Assembly: GCA_002269645.1 (NCBI GenBank)
Contig: NIVC01002460.1
Location: 1 to 64,000 of the forward strand
Reading direction: 5' to 3'
DNA length: 64,000 bases
DNA from: Macrostomum lignano
Taxonomy: Eukaryota
Under the pieces are notes generated by a model, which was not told the origin of the DNA, made no database searches, and saw nothing but the letters and a program-made list of their open reading frames with translations. Shown here piece by piece: positions 23,251-36,666 of the stretch (position 1 is its first letter; every line of letters begins with the position of its first letter). The translations under genes were made by a program, and so were the position numbers.

Positions 23251-23605
23251 TAAATATACTTTTTTGCGATTGAATTTGTCCAAACTGCAAAACCTTTCAT
23301 CCACAAATGCTTTCTTAATGGGAGCTAAATTTAGATCATACCATAGACATAGACAACTAACATTCTAACAAGAGACACTGTTTTTGCTTTGTTCAATACC
23401 TTGTGATATCAAATAAAGTTGCTCCGTTTAGCTGTTAGCTGTTTGGACGAAGGGTTTAGACGAAATGTTTTACAAACTGGATGAACCGTTTTGCGTGAAC
23501 ACAGTTGTCTATGGTACAATCTAAATTTAGCTCCCATTAAGAAAGTGTTAGTGGACAAAAGGTTTTGCAGTTTGGACGAATTCAATTGCAAAAAAGTATA
23601 GTTTA
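23251..23605. mobile_element. MITE-like element with ~98-bp inverted arms
   Basis: Arm 23251-23348 aligns to the reverse complement of 23507-23605 with 9 substitutions and 1 indel. Confidence 0.85.
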
Positions 23606-24319
23606 CTACACTGGCCAAAACCAATAGCCTAAAACTTAAATTACTATTATTTGAATAAAATGCATAGCACTTTAATATTTAAACCCATGTTTAAGGTATT
23701 TGCACAACTTAAACTTTTTTATGTCAGGCTTTTTAGGGATTTTATTTTTAGGGTCTTTCTATATTATTCTAACAAATAAAATATATAGACTAACTAGCAT
23801 ATATACAGTTTTATAAATTAAATTAAAATTTGCACAAATAACATTAAGATATCTATAGTTGTTAGCAAGTTGTCAATGGCAAAAACTGATGCTAGGTGAA
23901 AACAAGAGAGTCACAGACAAATCAGACTAAGGCAATAAACTTAGAGTAATAAAGTTGATAAAACTCAACTACAAAGATCTGTCTTAATACATATAGTCCT
24001 ATAAAAGTTTTTATAATGCTATCTAATACCTAGTTTAATTGTTTTGCAACTTCTCATATTAGGTGGCCTACTATTACCTGCTGATAATAGATCTAATTTA
24101 TGGTCACAGTTCTTTAGATTTGTTCATACATGCCCAACACCTGTCCGACCCGTCCAAACTGGACGGGTGAAATGGCCACCAGCCGAGGTAAGTTGCAAGA
24201 TAGAAAATGGGAAAAATGGAAAATTTGGGGAAGAAAGAAAGGAAAGGACGAGAAAAGGAAAAGAAAGTAAGAAGAGAGAGAGGGAAAGGGGACAGAGAAA
24301 GAGAAAGAGAAAAAAAGAG

Positions 24320-24540
24320 AACAGAGGAACTAAGTCCCAATTAGGAAGAACTAAGTTGCAATCAAGAGGAACTAATATGTCACAATTTGGAGGAACTAAG
24401 TTGCAATTGGGAGGAACTAAGTTGCAATCGAGAGGAACTAAGTTGCAATCGAGAGGAACTAAGTCGCAATTGGGAGAAACTAAGTCGCAATTGAGAGGAA
24501 CTAAGTTGCAATCGAGAGGAACTAAGTTGCAATCAAGAGT
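24320..24540. repeat. 21-bp tandem repeat (gaggaactaagttgcaatcga), probably the subterminal region of a DNA element
   Basis: About 10 copies. A related actaagttgca/ctggacgggtgaaat motif recurs near 26580-26630. Confidence 0.8.
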
Positions 24541-24678
24541 AGAGCTGTCAAAATTAAAGATTTTATTTGAGACAAGATTCGAGACAAGAAAGGCTTATAA
24601 GTCGAGAATTTTGAGACGAGACAAGACAAAGTAAATCTAAAAGAATATATTTCAGAATTGCATCTTCAGTATTCAGTA

Positions 24679-26264
24679 AACAAGGGCTGAGCAAAAGTTT
24701 CTGGGTGTGCATAGTTGAGAGGTGGCTGACAAAATCTGACACCATAGGTGTCAAGTACATTATATAAGTACAATGTTTATACAGTTTTAAACACACTGGT
24801 CATATAGTCAGAGCAGCACCCAAACCAAGCTAGCATAGCCACCCTATCTATCAAATTCACAATGGAGCTCAATAGGAGTCATTTTAAAGCAATGTTTTAT
24901 TACGATTTTAAAAGTGGTTTGCAGCAGCAAGAAAGTCTGGAGCAATTGCGAGGAGCTTTTGTGGATGAAGAACCTTCTAAATCCACTGTTTTTGACTGGT
25001 TTGCTGAATTTCAATGCGGCAGGCAAGCTAGAGTCTGGATGATGAGGAGCGCAGCAGCCAGTCTGTCTCTGCAACAACTGAGAATAATGTTGCTGCTATC
25101 TGGGCCATAGTTGAGGATGATGCCTGAGTGACTATGGCCCAGATAGAGGCAGAAGTGGGCATCTCATCAAGATCCACCAGGACAATTCTGCATTCACAGC
25201 TCAACCTGAGCAAGATTTTTGCACGCTAGGTGCATACATGCGCAACCCCCCTGATTTACACTGGCCATGCGACTTACTTTTTGACCGAAAATGCGACTTA
25301 CCTGTGAAAGAAACCCTAGAGCAACATTAACGCAATTTTGGGTAAACAGCAAGAGTAACTTTGACTGTCTTATAAGGGCTAAATGCCTCATTATCTAATT
25401 AGTATTACATCTATATTCCAGGGGTAGACCCTGGTCCACCACAATTTACGGTGGCCAGATCGGCCAGGTTGGCCAGCAGTTGCGCATGTATGGCTAGGTG
25501 CCTCATCAGCTGACTCCAGAGCAGGAGGCTCGGGTAACCTGGTGCTGCACTATGCTCGACAGATTCAATGGAGGCAGCTCAAACTTGGTCTAGGATATTG
25601 ACAGTGGTGACGAGTCCGGGATCTATAGTTTTGACCCAGAGACTAAGCAGCAGTCGGCCCAGTGGACTCCAGTTGGCAGCACCCCACCATCCAAGCTTCG
25701 GCAAGAGTGCAGTGTGGCGAAGTAGATGGTGGCCATTTTTGTGGTGAAAACTGGTCATCTGGCCACAGTTCCACTCGTGCAGCAGTGCACAGTCACCGGT
25801 GACTAGTACGCCAATGTTTGCCTGCCAGAAGTGCCGAGCATTCTCTCTAGGCGTCGCCCAAGGACTCAAGCTTGGGGCATCTTTCTCCATCACGACAACA
25901 CCTCGGCCCATAAGGCTTGACAGGTGGGCAGAGTTCCTGGCCAAAGAGCACATTCAAGAGCATCGTCATCCACCCTATAGCCCCAACCTGGCCCCTATGA
26001 CTTTGTGTTTCTACAAATCAAGTACAGGATGCGTGGGCAGCGTGGAATCCGCTATGGATCACCAGAAGCTGCAGTGGAGGCCTTCATCTAGCATGTAGAG
26101 GAGATGCCTGCTTCAGATTGCTCCAGCTGCTTCAGCAAATGGTTAAGCGCATGAAAATTTGCATCGAATCTGCTGAAGAGTACTTTGAAAAGATGTAACT
26201 GTTTTTTTTCTCTTTAACTATTTCTGTCTGGGCATGTCCGGAAACTTATTGCTCAGCCCTCATA
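24679..26264 (+). mobile_element. Degenerate mariner transposon
   Basis: TIRs agggctgagcaa.aagtttc.gg at 24683 and inverted at 26238-26264. Remnant peptides MELNRSHFKAMFYYDF..PSKSTVFDWFAEF, the motif-1 region GDESGIYSFDPE and HPPYSPNLAP, with stops and frameshifts. Confidence 0.85.
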
Positions 26265-27869
26265 TAGTCAGGTGCAGGTGTCAGGTGCAAGTGAAATATA
26301 TAATGACTCAAAGAATATACACCTATACATATATGAGTGCACTAGTATACATCCACAAGTTAGTTTGCCAGACATATACAGTACAGTATATAGAGTGTAG
26401 CCTACAGGGTACAGTGAAATTTAGTACTGCAGTCTGCAATGCTGCATAAGTGAATGATAAATCAATTGGTAAAGAACGTGGAGGCAGGAGAAAGGGAAGA
26501 GAAATGAGGTACTTCCATTTTTCAATAAGCAGAGGCGTGCTACCCCCCCCCCGGTCCTTAAGTGTGGTGGTGCATAGGTAAGTTGCAAATCTGGACAAAA
26601 CTAAGTTGCACTGGACGGGTGAAATTTTGAGGTTAGGCATGTATGGATTTGTTTCTAACTTCTTAGACTTCTTGTTTCTTGTTAACCATTAATATTACTT
26701 ACAAACATTTAAATTAGGCCTAAACAAATCTTCTTCTAATATACTAAATCTAAGCTGTCTCTGTCTGTCTGTCTGTCTATTATTTTTCTCAAATTGATTT
26801 CCACCAAACTTGCACTATTTGATTAGAAATTTTTCTACAGTATGACAATACATGGGTCGTGGCTAAGAAATTGCTCAATGTTAAAGGGATTAAATATTCG
26901 AAAAACTGTATTCTCCCTATCTAATTAATGTATTTTTCTTGCATTGAGAGCTCAATATGTTTATGGCCATAGACTGAACTTCAATTCTTGAGCTGATGCT
27001 ATGAGTTATAAATAGCTATACCTAGCTTATTAAATTGTAAAATTTATGAATATCTGTCTTCAACTTGAATTGTTTGAATCCAGAACTGATTGTTTGAATA
27101 TTTGTTGAGATGTCAAGGCTTACTAGGAGCATTGCTAAGATGCTATTGTCAAAGCGTATAGCTGGGGGAATTGCTGAGATTCCAGGGCTTACTGGAAACA
27201 TTGGTCTATTCATTAATATATTAGCAATATTTTCATTTTCCCTTTTGCACTCCCCAAATAGGCTGGATTTCTAGTAAAACTCTATTTATCAATTTATGCT
27301 TCCTAACTTATAATAACAATAGACATGCAATTTTTTCTTTCATGGCCTAATTTTCAACTTAATTTCAAATTTTCTAGTTTTAATTTTAGGGATTTTTTAG
27401 TTTTTAAAACATTTTAGGTTGTAGACACAGCATATTTTAAAATAAATTTTATACGTTTTTGAATTGAAAATTAATCATAATTAATTTATTGAAATTAAAT
27501 AAACAAAAATTATAATTAAATTGTAGTTTGTGCTATTGTTGTAACATTATTCCAATGTCCCTGTGAGGGCTATCAGAAAATTTTTGCTTATTAGTCAATA
27601 AAATTAAAACTAAGCCATATTAAAAGATAAAACTTATCAAAAAACTCTATCAGCATCTCATCACTCAAAATATTTGCCACTAGCCTCAAGGCATTTTTCC
27701 TACTGCCACACAAGTCCATCAATGCTGGCACTAATGCTGCTCTTTGTTGTGGCTGCCAATCCTGCCCTTCCTTTGCAATAAGCCTCATTGACTTCTTCCT
27801 TGCTGCTAAAATATTGGCCTCATATTGCCTCCTTGATCCTAGGGAAGAGGAAAAAATCATATGGGCTAA

Positions 27870-28380
27870 GATCCAGCGAATAAGGCCAATACAGAAGAAT
27901 TTCCTAGCCCCATGAGAAGATGGCTTGAATCACAATTTTTTTGCAATGTAGAGCAGCTTGTCTTGCAGCAGGATTGGGCCCTGGGCATGCAAGCTTGGCC
28001 TTTTGTTGCAACTGGCTCTTTGTACCTTGCACAACACTTTCAAAAAATAGTCACCATTGATTGTCTGGCTGGCAAGAATAGCCTGATTGAAGATGATGCC
28101 TTTATGATAAAAAAAGTCACATGCATAATTTTCAGTTAAGCAATGCTCTTTGCAACCTTCACTGGCCTTGGAGAGCCAGGCTAGCACCAACATGCACTTT
28201 GCCACAAGCCACAATTCTTTAAAGAAACTGAAGTCCCTTGCACCTGTATCTTTGCAGATGAGCTACACTGAGAGTTGTGTGATAGACTTTGTTTCCCTGA
28301 CAGGATTTGAGATACCCACTTTGCACAAATCTTCCTGACTCTAAGATCTTCAGTTAGAACTTGTCAAAAATGGAGGTGTT
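27870..28380 (-). mobile_element. Second mariner transposase relic
   Basis: FFYHKGIIFNQAILASQTINGDYFLKVLCKVQRASCNKRPSLHAQGPILLQD matches the mariner catalytic region. Broken frames. Confidence 0.7.
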
Positions 28381-30251
28381 TATAATAAGACTTATAAATT
28401 TTCTACTGTGAAGCTAGGTTTCAAGATTTTAAGCCAATTTTTTTGTAATAGGCACATTATAGGCCTATACCAGGCAATAGCCTGGGCTTAGCTATATTTT
28501 GTTATGTGAATTATTAAAAAAGATTGGCCAATAAGCAAAACTTTTCTAATAGCCCTTGTAATTTCTAGAAACTTTTATTATCTTTGCATATCCCATATAA
28601 GTAAAATGTCTACATTAAGTCAAAGAAATTTATTCATTTTTTTGCAAATTTCTATAGGCCCCCTAGGCTGAACTAAATATTTTTTTGCTTAAAATTAATA
28701 TACTTATGGTTTAATTATTAGCTATATTATTATTAAAGGCATTTACTTTTAATAGTTCCAAATATATTATAAAACAATATCTTTGTTCTAATCCTAGAGA
28801 ACTTTCTAAAACATTGTTGATTTCTCTATAAATATATACTAGGCAATTAGGCAAACCCAGCTAGTAATCAAGTTTTTTTACTCCTCAATATTTAATAACA
28901 AAGCAAACAAATGAACTAGGCGTACCCTCTTTAAATCTTACTTATTTTGCCAATTTGCCATACTGTATATTAAGTTCTACCTATTCAATCTTTTGCTACT
29001 AGGTGGATGTGGATCCTAAGTAAATGTCGTTTTATTGCCAATATTGGCACTGCATTGATTTTTACAAATTTTGTAAAAAAAGTATAAAAATTTTGTGTAT
29101 GAACTGATATTAAATTTTGGGTAGACCTTTATCTTTAAGCCTAAGCCCTAAGTATCTGTATAGGGCCTTAGTATTAAATAAATACATTTATTTAAAGTAG
29201 AGAATAGGTAGGCCTTGGCCTATGCTATGACAATGACTAGGTAATAGTAGGGCCTATAAAATTGATAAGGGGGGGGGGCTAATGATGACTAAATTTACTA
29301 TGAAATTAAATAGGAGGGCCTGAACATGATAACAAATGCAAGATTTTATAAATTTACAGGGGTCTAGTCAAGCCTCCAGGTGTTCAACCTAGGGGCCTAG
29401 TCTTCTAATAATACTAATCCTCCTATACCTTTCTTTTTGATTTTAAACTCAGCTTAGCTTTTCCTGTCGCTAAATACATAGCACAATAAGCAAGTACACA
29501 GAAACTTTGATAAAGAAAGATAAAGAAACTTTGATCCAATTTCTTTCAAACCAATGTCAATTTTGCCTATATCTTTGCATATTATGACTGCTGCGAGTGT
29601 CACGGTTTGAGCAACTTATCAACGTCAGCAAAACAAAAGTAGGCCTACGACTTCGTCACAGCGAGTGCCGATTCCTGAACAGGACGCGTATTTTTTCAGT
29701 CACGGGAGATCGACTTATCGACTACTGACCTACTCCTATCGGCAGGTGCCCTGACCATAGAGAGAATTGCTTATAATAATGCGTACACAGTTTGTATTAT
29801 CCAAAGCGTTACGTGTATTAACAAAAAACGTATATAACAACGAGTTAAACTTGACATTTGAATGCTTCTCCGAAGATTTTTGAAATAGTATTTTTATATT
29901 TTTTGACCCTCTGCTCTGTGGAGGACGTCTGTGCTCATTTATTCATATGAAAATGATAATAACCTTTCACAACAGAATAACAACGCTCTAGATCAGTGGT
30001 GGATCCTGCAGGATTTTTACAGTAGGGGGAGTGCATGCGGACCAGCCAAAATTTTTGTGTTAGCCCAATATACATGTACATGTAAGCCCCAAATCAGACC
30101 AAAAGTTACAATACCCCGGCAAAAGAGGGAGGAAAAAGAGGGGAATTTATTCCTATTGAAACTATGGATTGTTGGTCAGGCTAGTATTCACTGATCATAA
30201 AATATAGTATTAGATCATCGTGCTACTTTGTTGCGCTACATGTAGATCTAG

Positions 30252-30631
<380 letters not shown>

Positions 30632-30639
30632 CCGCTCAC

Positions 30640-33278
30640 CATTCGCCCTGGTGCTCGGTCAGCCGCCGCACCTGAAAGCCGGACTCGGCCAGGACTCTCT
30701 TGTTGTGGTCCCTTGCTGACACTTCCTGCCCGGCCGCCTCTCCCGACGACGACTCCATGGCAGGAAGCGCGAAGTTTCTGGTGTGTCTGTAGACAGCAGG
30801 AAAATTCCATGCCTCAACTCTCAAAACAAGTTGCTAATTGTTGGCTGAACTCAGCAGAAATCGGACACTTGACTTTTCTGCCTACAGCTACACTAAAAGT
30901 GCAATGCGAAACACTCACCCCTGGTTGGTGCCACCTGCTCTAGAGTAGCAGCCCTCGATAGAAGTAGCTGAAAATTATTTGAATAATCGTAATTATAAAG
31001 CCCAACAATAATTTCCAGATTGCAGAAACCTTTTTTGAACTCCCTCACGGCATGCTTCATCCCTCACGCCATGCTTCATCCCTCACGCATGCTTCATCCT
31101 TCACGTCATGCTTCCTCCTTCACGTCTTGCTTCCTCCCTCACTTCATGCTTCCTCCCTCACGACATGCTTCCTCCCTCACGCCATGCTTCATCCCTCACG
31201 CCATGCTTCATCCCTCACGCCATGCTTCATCCCTCACTTCATGCTTCATCCCTCACGCCATGCTTCATCCCTCACGCCATGCTTCATCCCTCACGCCATG
31301 CTTCATCCCTCACGCCATGCTTCATCCCTCACGCCATGCTTCATCCCTCACGCCATGCTTCATCCCTCACGTCATGCTTTCTTTCCTATCCCTGATCCTC
31401 CCCTATCTTTCCTCTTTGAACATCCTTCTAGCTTCTAGGAAATATCTTCACGTCATCAAGCCAGCTCCATCAAGAATTATCCCCCCCCAATCTGCTACAT
31501 CCTGTCAACTTCAACAGCTTGCCAACCTTGATCGGCAGTCTGCTCTATCCAGCTTCCTTGGTCGCCGTTATCGGCATCAGCTTCATCGGCAGGGACAGGG
31601 GCGGCCAGCTGCCGATAAGCCGGCGGCAAGTCTTCGGGCCGCAGGTGGCCCCGCTGGAGGCCCATCTTGTAGAAATCCTCGGGCCGGCCCAGAAGGCTGT
31701 GCGGCACCACGTTGCCTCGACTGTCCAGCCGGGGTCCCGGCGCCGCCTGCTGGATTCGCGGCTGCAGCCAAACATCGTCAACGTCTTCCGCTTCTTCCGT
31801 CGTTACTGCCTCGTCGTCGACGGCTTCGTCGTCTTCGGGCGCGGCGCGTCGCAACAGCGCAAAACGACGCAGCGGTGGGCGGCGCAACGCCGTAGGGATC
31901 TCCCTGCGGACCGCCACGCGACGGGACGACGATGGCGCGACGTCGGCGATTCGAGTCGACATGGCGGCCCCAGAGGCAGCGGCCTCCATGCGGACCTCCT
32001 GGGTGATCTGCGGGTTTTGGGTCGGCTCGTTCGACTGCTCAGGGAGTAGAGGCAGATTCTCAAGCACTGATGGAGAGCGGAGAGGCAGATTCTCAAGCAC
32101 TGATGGAGAGCGGAGAGGCAGATTCTCAAGCACTGATGGAGAGCGGAGAGGCAGATTCTCAAGCACTGATGGGGAGCGGAGAGGCCTGTGAGAAGCTTCC
32201 CGGACTTTAGCAGATACAACGGCATAGGGCATGAAAAGTACCCTGTTTAAGTCCTCGTCTCGAATACGCAGCCTCGCGATCTCCTCATTGTAGATGGCAT
32301 TCTTCGGCCGGTTTGGGTAGCCGCCGGCATCCTCGTCGAGGTCTGCGAGGCCGCTCGGGTCGCGTTTTTGCCTCCGGAGCCGGTCTGGGGAAGGTTTCGT
32401 GAAACTTATTAAATTAATGGAAAATAGAGATGAAGGCAGGGGAGAGTAGAAGTGAGAGAGCAGAGATAGTAGAGGGGAGAGTGCAGAAGAATTAGATGTT
32501 AGAGGGCAGAGCGATTAGAGTTGAGAGGGCATGAAGAGTAGAGGTGAGAGGGCAGGTAGATTGGAGGTGAGTGGGCAGAGAGAGCAGAGGGGAGAGTGCA
32601 GAAGAAGTATATGTGAGAGGGCAGAGAGAGTAGAGGGGAGAGTGCAGAGTAGAGGAGGGAGTGCTGGGAGAGTAGAGGTGAGAGGGCAGGGAGAGTAGAG
32701 GTGAGAGGGCAGGGAGAGTAGAGGTGAGAGGGCAGGGAGAGTAGAGGGAAAAGTGCGGGAGAGTAGAGGTGAGATGGCAGATAGAATAGAGGGGAGAACC
32801 GAGAAGGTAGAGAAAGTAGAGGGGAGAGGGCAGATAAAGTAGAGGTGAGATGGCAGATAGAGTAGAGGGGAGAGGGCTGAGGGAATAGAGATGAGAGGGC
32901 AGGGAGAGTAGTGAAGTCAGAGAGCAACAGAATGGGATTTTTGTCTCTATAAATCAATTTTGTCTCTAGGAACTTTGAGCGGCAGAATCAGTTAATTGTC
33001 ATTAGAGCAGCCTCATCACAGCAGCATAAAAGTGCATGGGAGCCGCAACCACAGCTGCTGTTGAGCAGTTTAGGCTTGTCCTTTGTTAATACCAGCGCAC
33101 ACAGAAATGCGCAAGAGATAAGACGAGAATAAGTGAGAGCTATAATTAATTTTCACATGTTTATCTACAGCAAATACGGTAATTTAAGAGTTGAGTAAAC
33201 TGTAGGACAAGGGCAGACGGCAGAGTAGTACTCACTTGGTGCCATAGACACCCTCCTTCCTACCAGCCTGCTCGCCAT
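30640..33278 (-). CDS. MYCBPAP-like: MYCBP-associated protein-like gene, 5' exons only (approx. 33278-33235, 32408-32246, 32037-31527, 30968-30920, 30791-30640)
   Basis: AIYNEEIARLRIRDEDLN and GPRLDSRGNVVPHSLLGRPEDF recall the N-terminal motifs of MYCBPAP (recognised from memory). GT-AG junctions trace in phase except at the first junction, which needs a 1-nt indel. Confidence 0.55.
31040..31380. repeat. 19-bp tandem repeat (atgcttcatccctcacgcc), intronic
   Basis: About 17 copies. Confidence 0.93.
32045..32190. repeat. 33-bp tandem repeat, probably intronic
   Basis: Four copies of agaggcagattctcaagcactgatggagagcgg between a gtactt donor and a gagcag acceptor. Confidence 0.85.
32425..32925. 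repeat. AG-rich degenerate repeat (gagagtagaggtgagagggcagg)
   Basis: Directly visible. Confidence 0.85.
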
Positions 33279-34299
33279 GCTGAGAGCGGTTCGGTCAGAC
33301 CAAGACAAAGTGCTTTACAACTTTCAGCCAACTTCTACACTAATTGTTGGGTAGATCGAGCCTATTTTAATTAGGTCTCTTCTGTAGTCTAGATATTGGT
33401 TTCAACTATCTGTCTGTTGTTGTTTTTGTCTTATTTAAATTCTCTCTTGAGCGAGAGGGAGAAGAGGTCCACAGCGCACTGTAAGCGCATATTGCAAAGC
33501 TGAGACAGACAGACGGGCATGTAGGAAAGAAAATAACGAAAACTCTGGTGCCTATGACAACCAATGCGGTGGAAGCAGAGACCCCCTTTTGGCACTCCTA
33601 TAGTCGCCCCCACCCCCTGCCCGGGCCCACCCCCCACCCCCTGTAAGCAGTTGCTGCCGCTGTCGCCTGCCTCATTGTCTTTGCTTGAGCAGTTTTGCAG
33701 TCACAGCTCTGCATTCCAGACGAGCACAGCGGGCTAGTGTGTTACCCAAACATCTGTAATATTTTTAGAAATTATCAAATCTTGCATCAATATTTTATTG
33801 TATATAGAATTTTATCACTATTTATTGTGACAGTTTGCACTCGCCCGAAAAGACAGATTATGGCAAGTCAGGAAATTTCAGCTTGTCAACACTGTTTAGC
33901 CTTATCAGTAGCTCAGGTAAAATTATCGTATGGATTTCAGTTTACTTGGCCAGAGCAAATTTACTGCGAATTTTATCAGGCTGTGTGCTTAAACTCGAAG
34001 CGTAATTAAAATCTAGACAATTTTTTATAAAGACTGACACTTCTCGCTAAGCCTGAAAATCCTAAAAGTACATCTTTTTGAGTTACATAAATATCAGGTT
34101 TAAAACTAATTTCAAAAATAGTCCAGCAGATTTTTATAACATTTAAGATTTCCCATGCAATTCATGATTCGCACTCTCTGTCTTAGCTGCTGTTGCTGCA
34201 ACTGTAAGACATTCTTTCTACAGACAGCGTTTCCCCATGCACCGCTCCATCTCTGCCCATTAATCTCGGAAGACTTTAGAGGGATTCACATCCCTCTAA

Positions 34300-35105
34300 A
34301 GTCTCTCTCCCATCTCTCTCATCCCTCTACCATCTCTCTCCCATCCCTCTCCCATCCCTCTACCATCTCTCTCCCATCCCTCTCCCATCCCTCTCCCATC
34401 TCTCCCATCCCTCTCCCATCACTCTACCATCTCTCTCCCATCCCTCTCCCATCCCTCTCCCATCTCTCCCATCCCTCTACCATCTCTCTCCCATCCCTCT
34501 CCTATCCCTCTCCCATCCCTCTCCCATCTCTCTCCCATCCCTCTCCCATCCCTCTCCTATCCCTCTACCATCTCTCTCCCATCCCTCTCCTATCCCTCTC
34601 CCATCTCTCTCCCATCTCTCCCATCCCTCTCCTATCCCTCTACCATCTCCCTCCCTCCCTCTCCCATCCCTCTCCCATCTCTCTCCCATCCCTCTCCCAT
34701 CCCTCTACCATCTCTCTCCCATCCCTCTCCTATCCCTCTCCCATCCCTCTCCCATCTCTCTCCCATCCCTCTCCCATCCCTCTACCATCTCTCTCCCATC
34801 CCTCTCCTATCCCTCTCCCATCCCTCTCCCATCTCTCCCATCCCTCTCCCATCACTCTACCATCTCTCTCCCATCCCTCTCCTATCCCTCTCCCATCCCT
34901 CTCCCATCTCTCCCATCCCTCTCCCATCACTCTACCATCTCTCTCCCATCCCTCTCCTATCCCTCTCCCATCCCTCTCCCATCTCTCCCATCCCTCTCCC
35001 ATCACTCTACCATCTCCCTCCCTCCCTCTCCCATCCCTCTCCCATCACTCTACCATCTCTCTCCCATCACTCTACCATCTCTCTCCCCTCCCTCTCCCAT
35101 CCCAG
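34300..35105. repeat. CT-rich repeat (ccatccctctc)n
   Basis: Directly visible. Confidence 0.95.
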
Positions 35106-35117
35106 TCAAAACCTCAC

Positions 35118-35485
35118 CCAAAGTGCTGGACCGTCTTCCAAAGCCCGACGATCCACCGGCGCTCGACAAGGCAACCGTCGATGCCGATCTTTGACGTCCG
35201 CTGAGGCCTGACGCGTGCAGCTTGGCGAAGCGCAGCGCCGAGACAACTCCGACGCTCAGCCGGCTGAAGCGTCCTCTGACGTCGCTGCCGCGGTTGCCGC
35301 CGTCCGGGCCATCACGAGACGGCAGCTTCAGCCCGGGACCCAGCGCGAAGCTCACTCGCTTGGCTTCCACATTGGAACTGCTGTTGCTGCTGCGCCTGGC
35401 CGGAACATGGTCGGCTGTCTCCATGGAAACTGACGCCCGCTGCTTGCGCTGACCATTCGCTGCCGATTTTTTGAGCGACGACATT
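35118..35485 (-). CDS. Putative coding exon, 122 aa, Ser/Arg-rich (MSSLKKSAANG...RRSSTL); parent gene uncertain
   Basis: GC-rich open frame bounded by a ccctgcag acceptor and a gtgagg donor, flanked by satellites like the other exons here. Confidence 0.5.
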
Positions 35486-36666
35486 CTGCAGGGCCGAGGG
35501 ACTGGGTGAGGGAAATCAAGGGAAATTATCCTCTGTGTGCATGGGTTAAACTGTTCCTTTGTTTTATCGGCAAAATGGTGTATTGGATGATAATGTAAAT
35601 GAACTTGTCTAACAGGAATCACTCTTGTCTAACAGGAATCGCTGTTATCTAACTGAAATCGCTAATGTCGAACCGAAATCGTTCCTGTCTAACAGGAATC
35701 CCTTATAACAGGAATCACTCCTTTCTAACAGGAATCACTCCTGTCTAACAGGAATCACTCCTGTCTAACAGGAATCGCTCCTGTCTAACCGGAATAACTC
35801 CTGTCTAACAGGAATTGCTCCTGTCTAACAGGAATCACTCCTGTCTAACAGGAATCACTCCTGTCTAACCGGAATAACTCCTGTCTAACAGGAATTGCTC
35901 CTGTCTAACTGGAATCACTTCTAACAGAAATCACTCATGTCTAACAGAAATCGCTAATGTCTAATAGGAATCGCTAATGTCTAATAGGAATCGCTAATGT
36001 CTAATAGGAATCGCTAATGTCTAATAGGAATCGCTAATGTCTAATAGGAATCGCTAATGTCTAATAGGAATCGCTAATGTCTAACAGGAATCGCTAATGT
36101 CTAACAGGAATTGCTCCTGTCTAACAGGTATCACTCATGTCCAATAGGAAATGTCCTCTTCAAACAGGAATCTCTCTAAGGGTGGTATCCTAAATGTCTA
36201 ACATGAACGAATCTTCATCTAACATGATAATTTTAACAGTCTCTGCAACAATAAGTCATCCTCAAGCCCTGCTTGCACTTTAGTTTCTAATCAAGCATAA
36301 TTTCTTCTCCAGTCGGTGGAATAAAAAAGGCCAATTTAAACTATACAGAAACTCAGCCAATCGATTAGCAAAACATTGCTAAAGGAATCTAGTGCTGCTT
36401 CTCAGCTTCAGTCAAATTGCTGTGAGACAAGGAGAGAATGTCGGAGAGAGAGAGAAAGGACTTCGCGTCGCTTATATCTGATGCATTTCTCTGAGCGCGC
36501 GTGACCACTGCTTTGCCCCAATGCTATATATCTACGCTCGTAGTTTAAAAGTACAAAGCCGAGAGAACAATGTACCCATTTTCCCATTCACTTAATAGTT
36601 TTTTGGTTCCACCTAAATGACTTCTGCTTTTTTGGCGAAAGTCATATCTGAATTGGTGCCTGGATT

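Noticed and set aside
27591-27860. 89-aa minus-strand ORF next to the mariner relic
   Set aside because: No recognisable motif, and it lies in CpG-decayed TE sequence; probably another transposon fragment.
34155-35204. 349-aa Pro/Ser/Leu-rich ORF (also 32499-32957 and 55554-56044)
   Set aside because: Translations of CT/AG-rich simple repeats.
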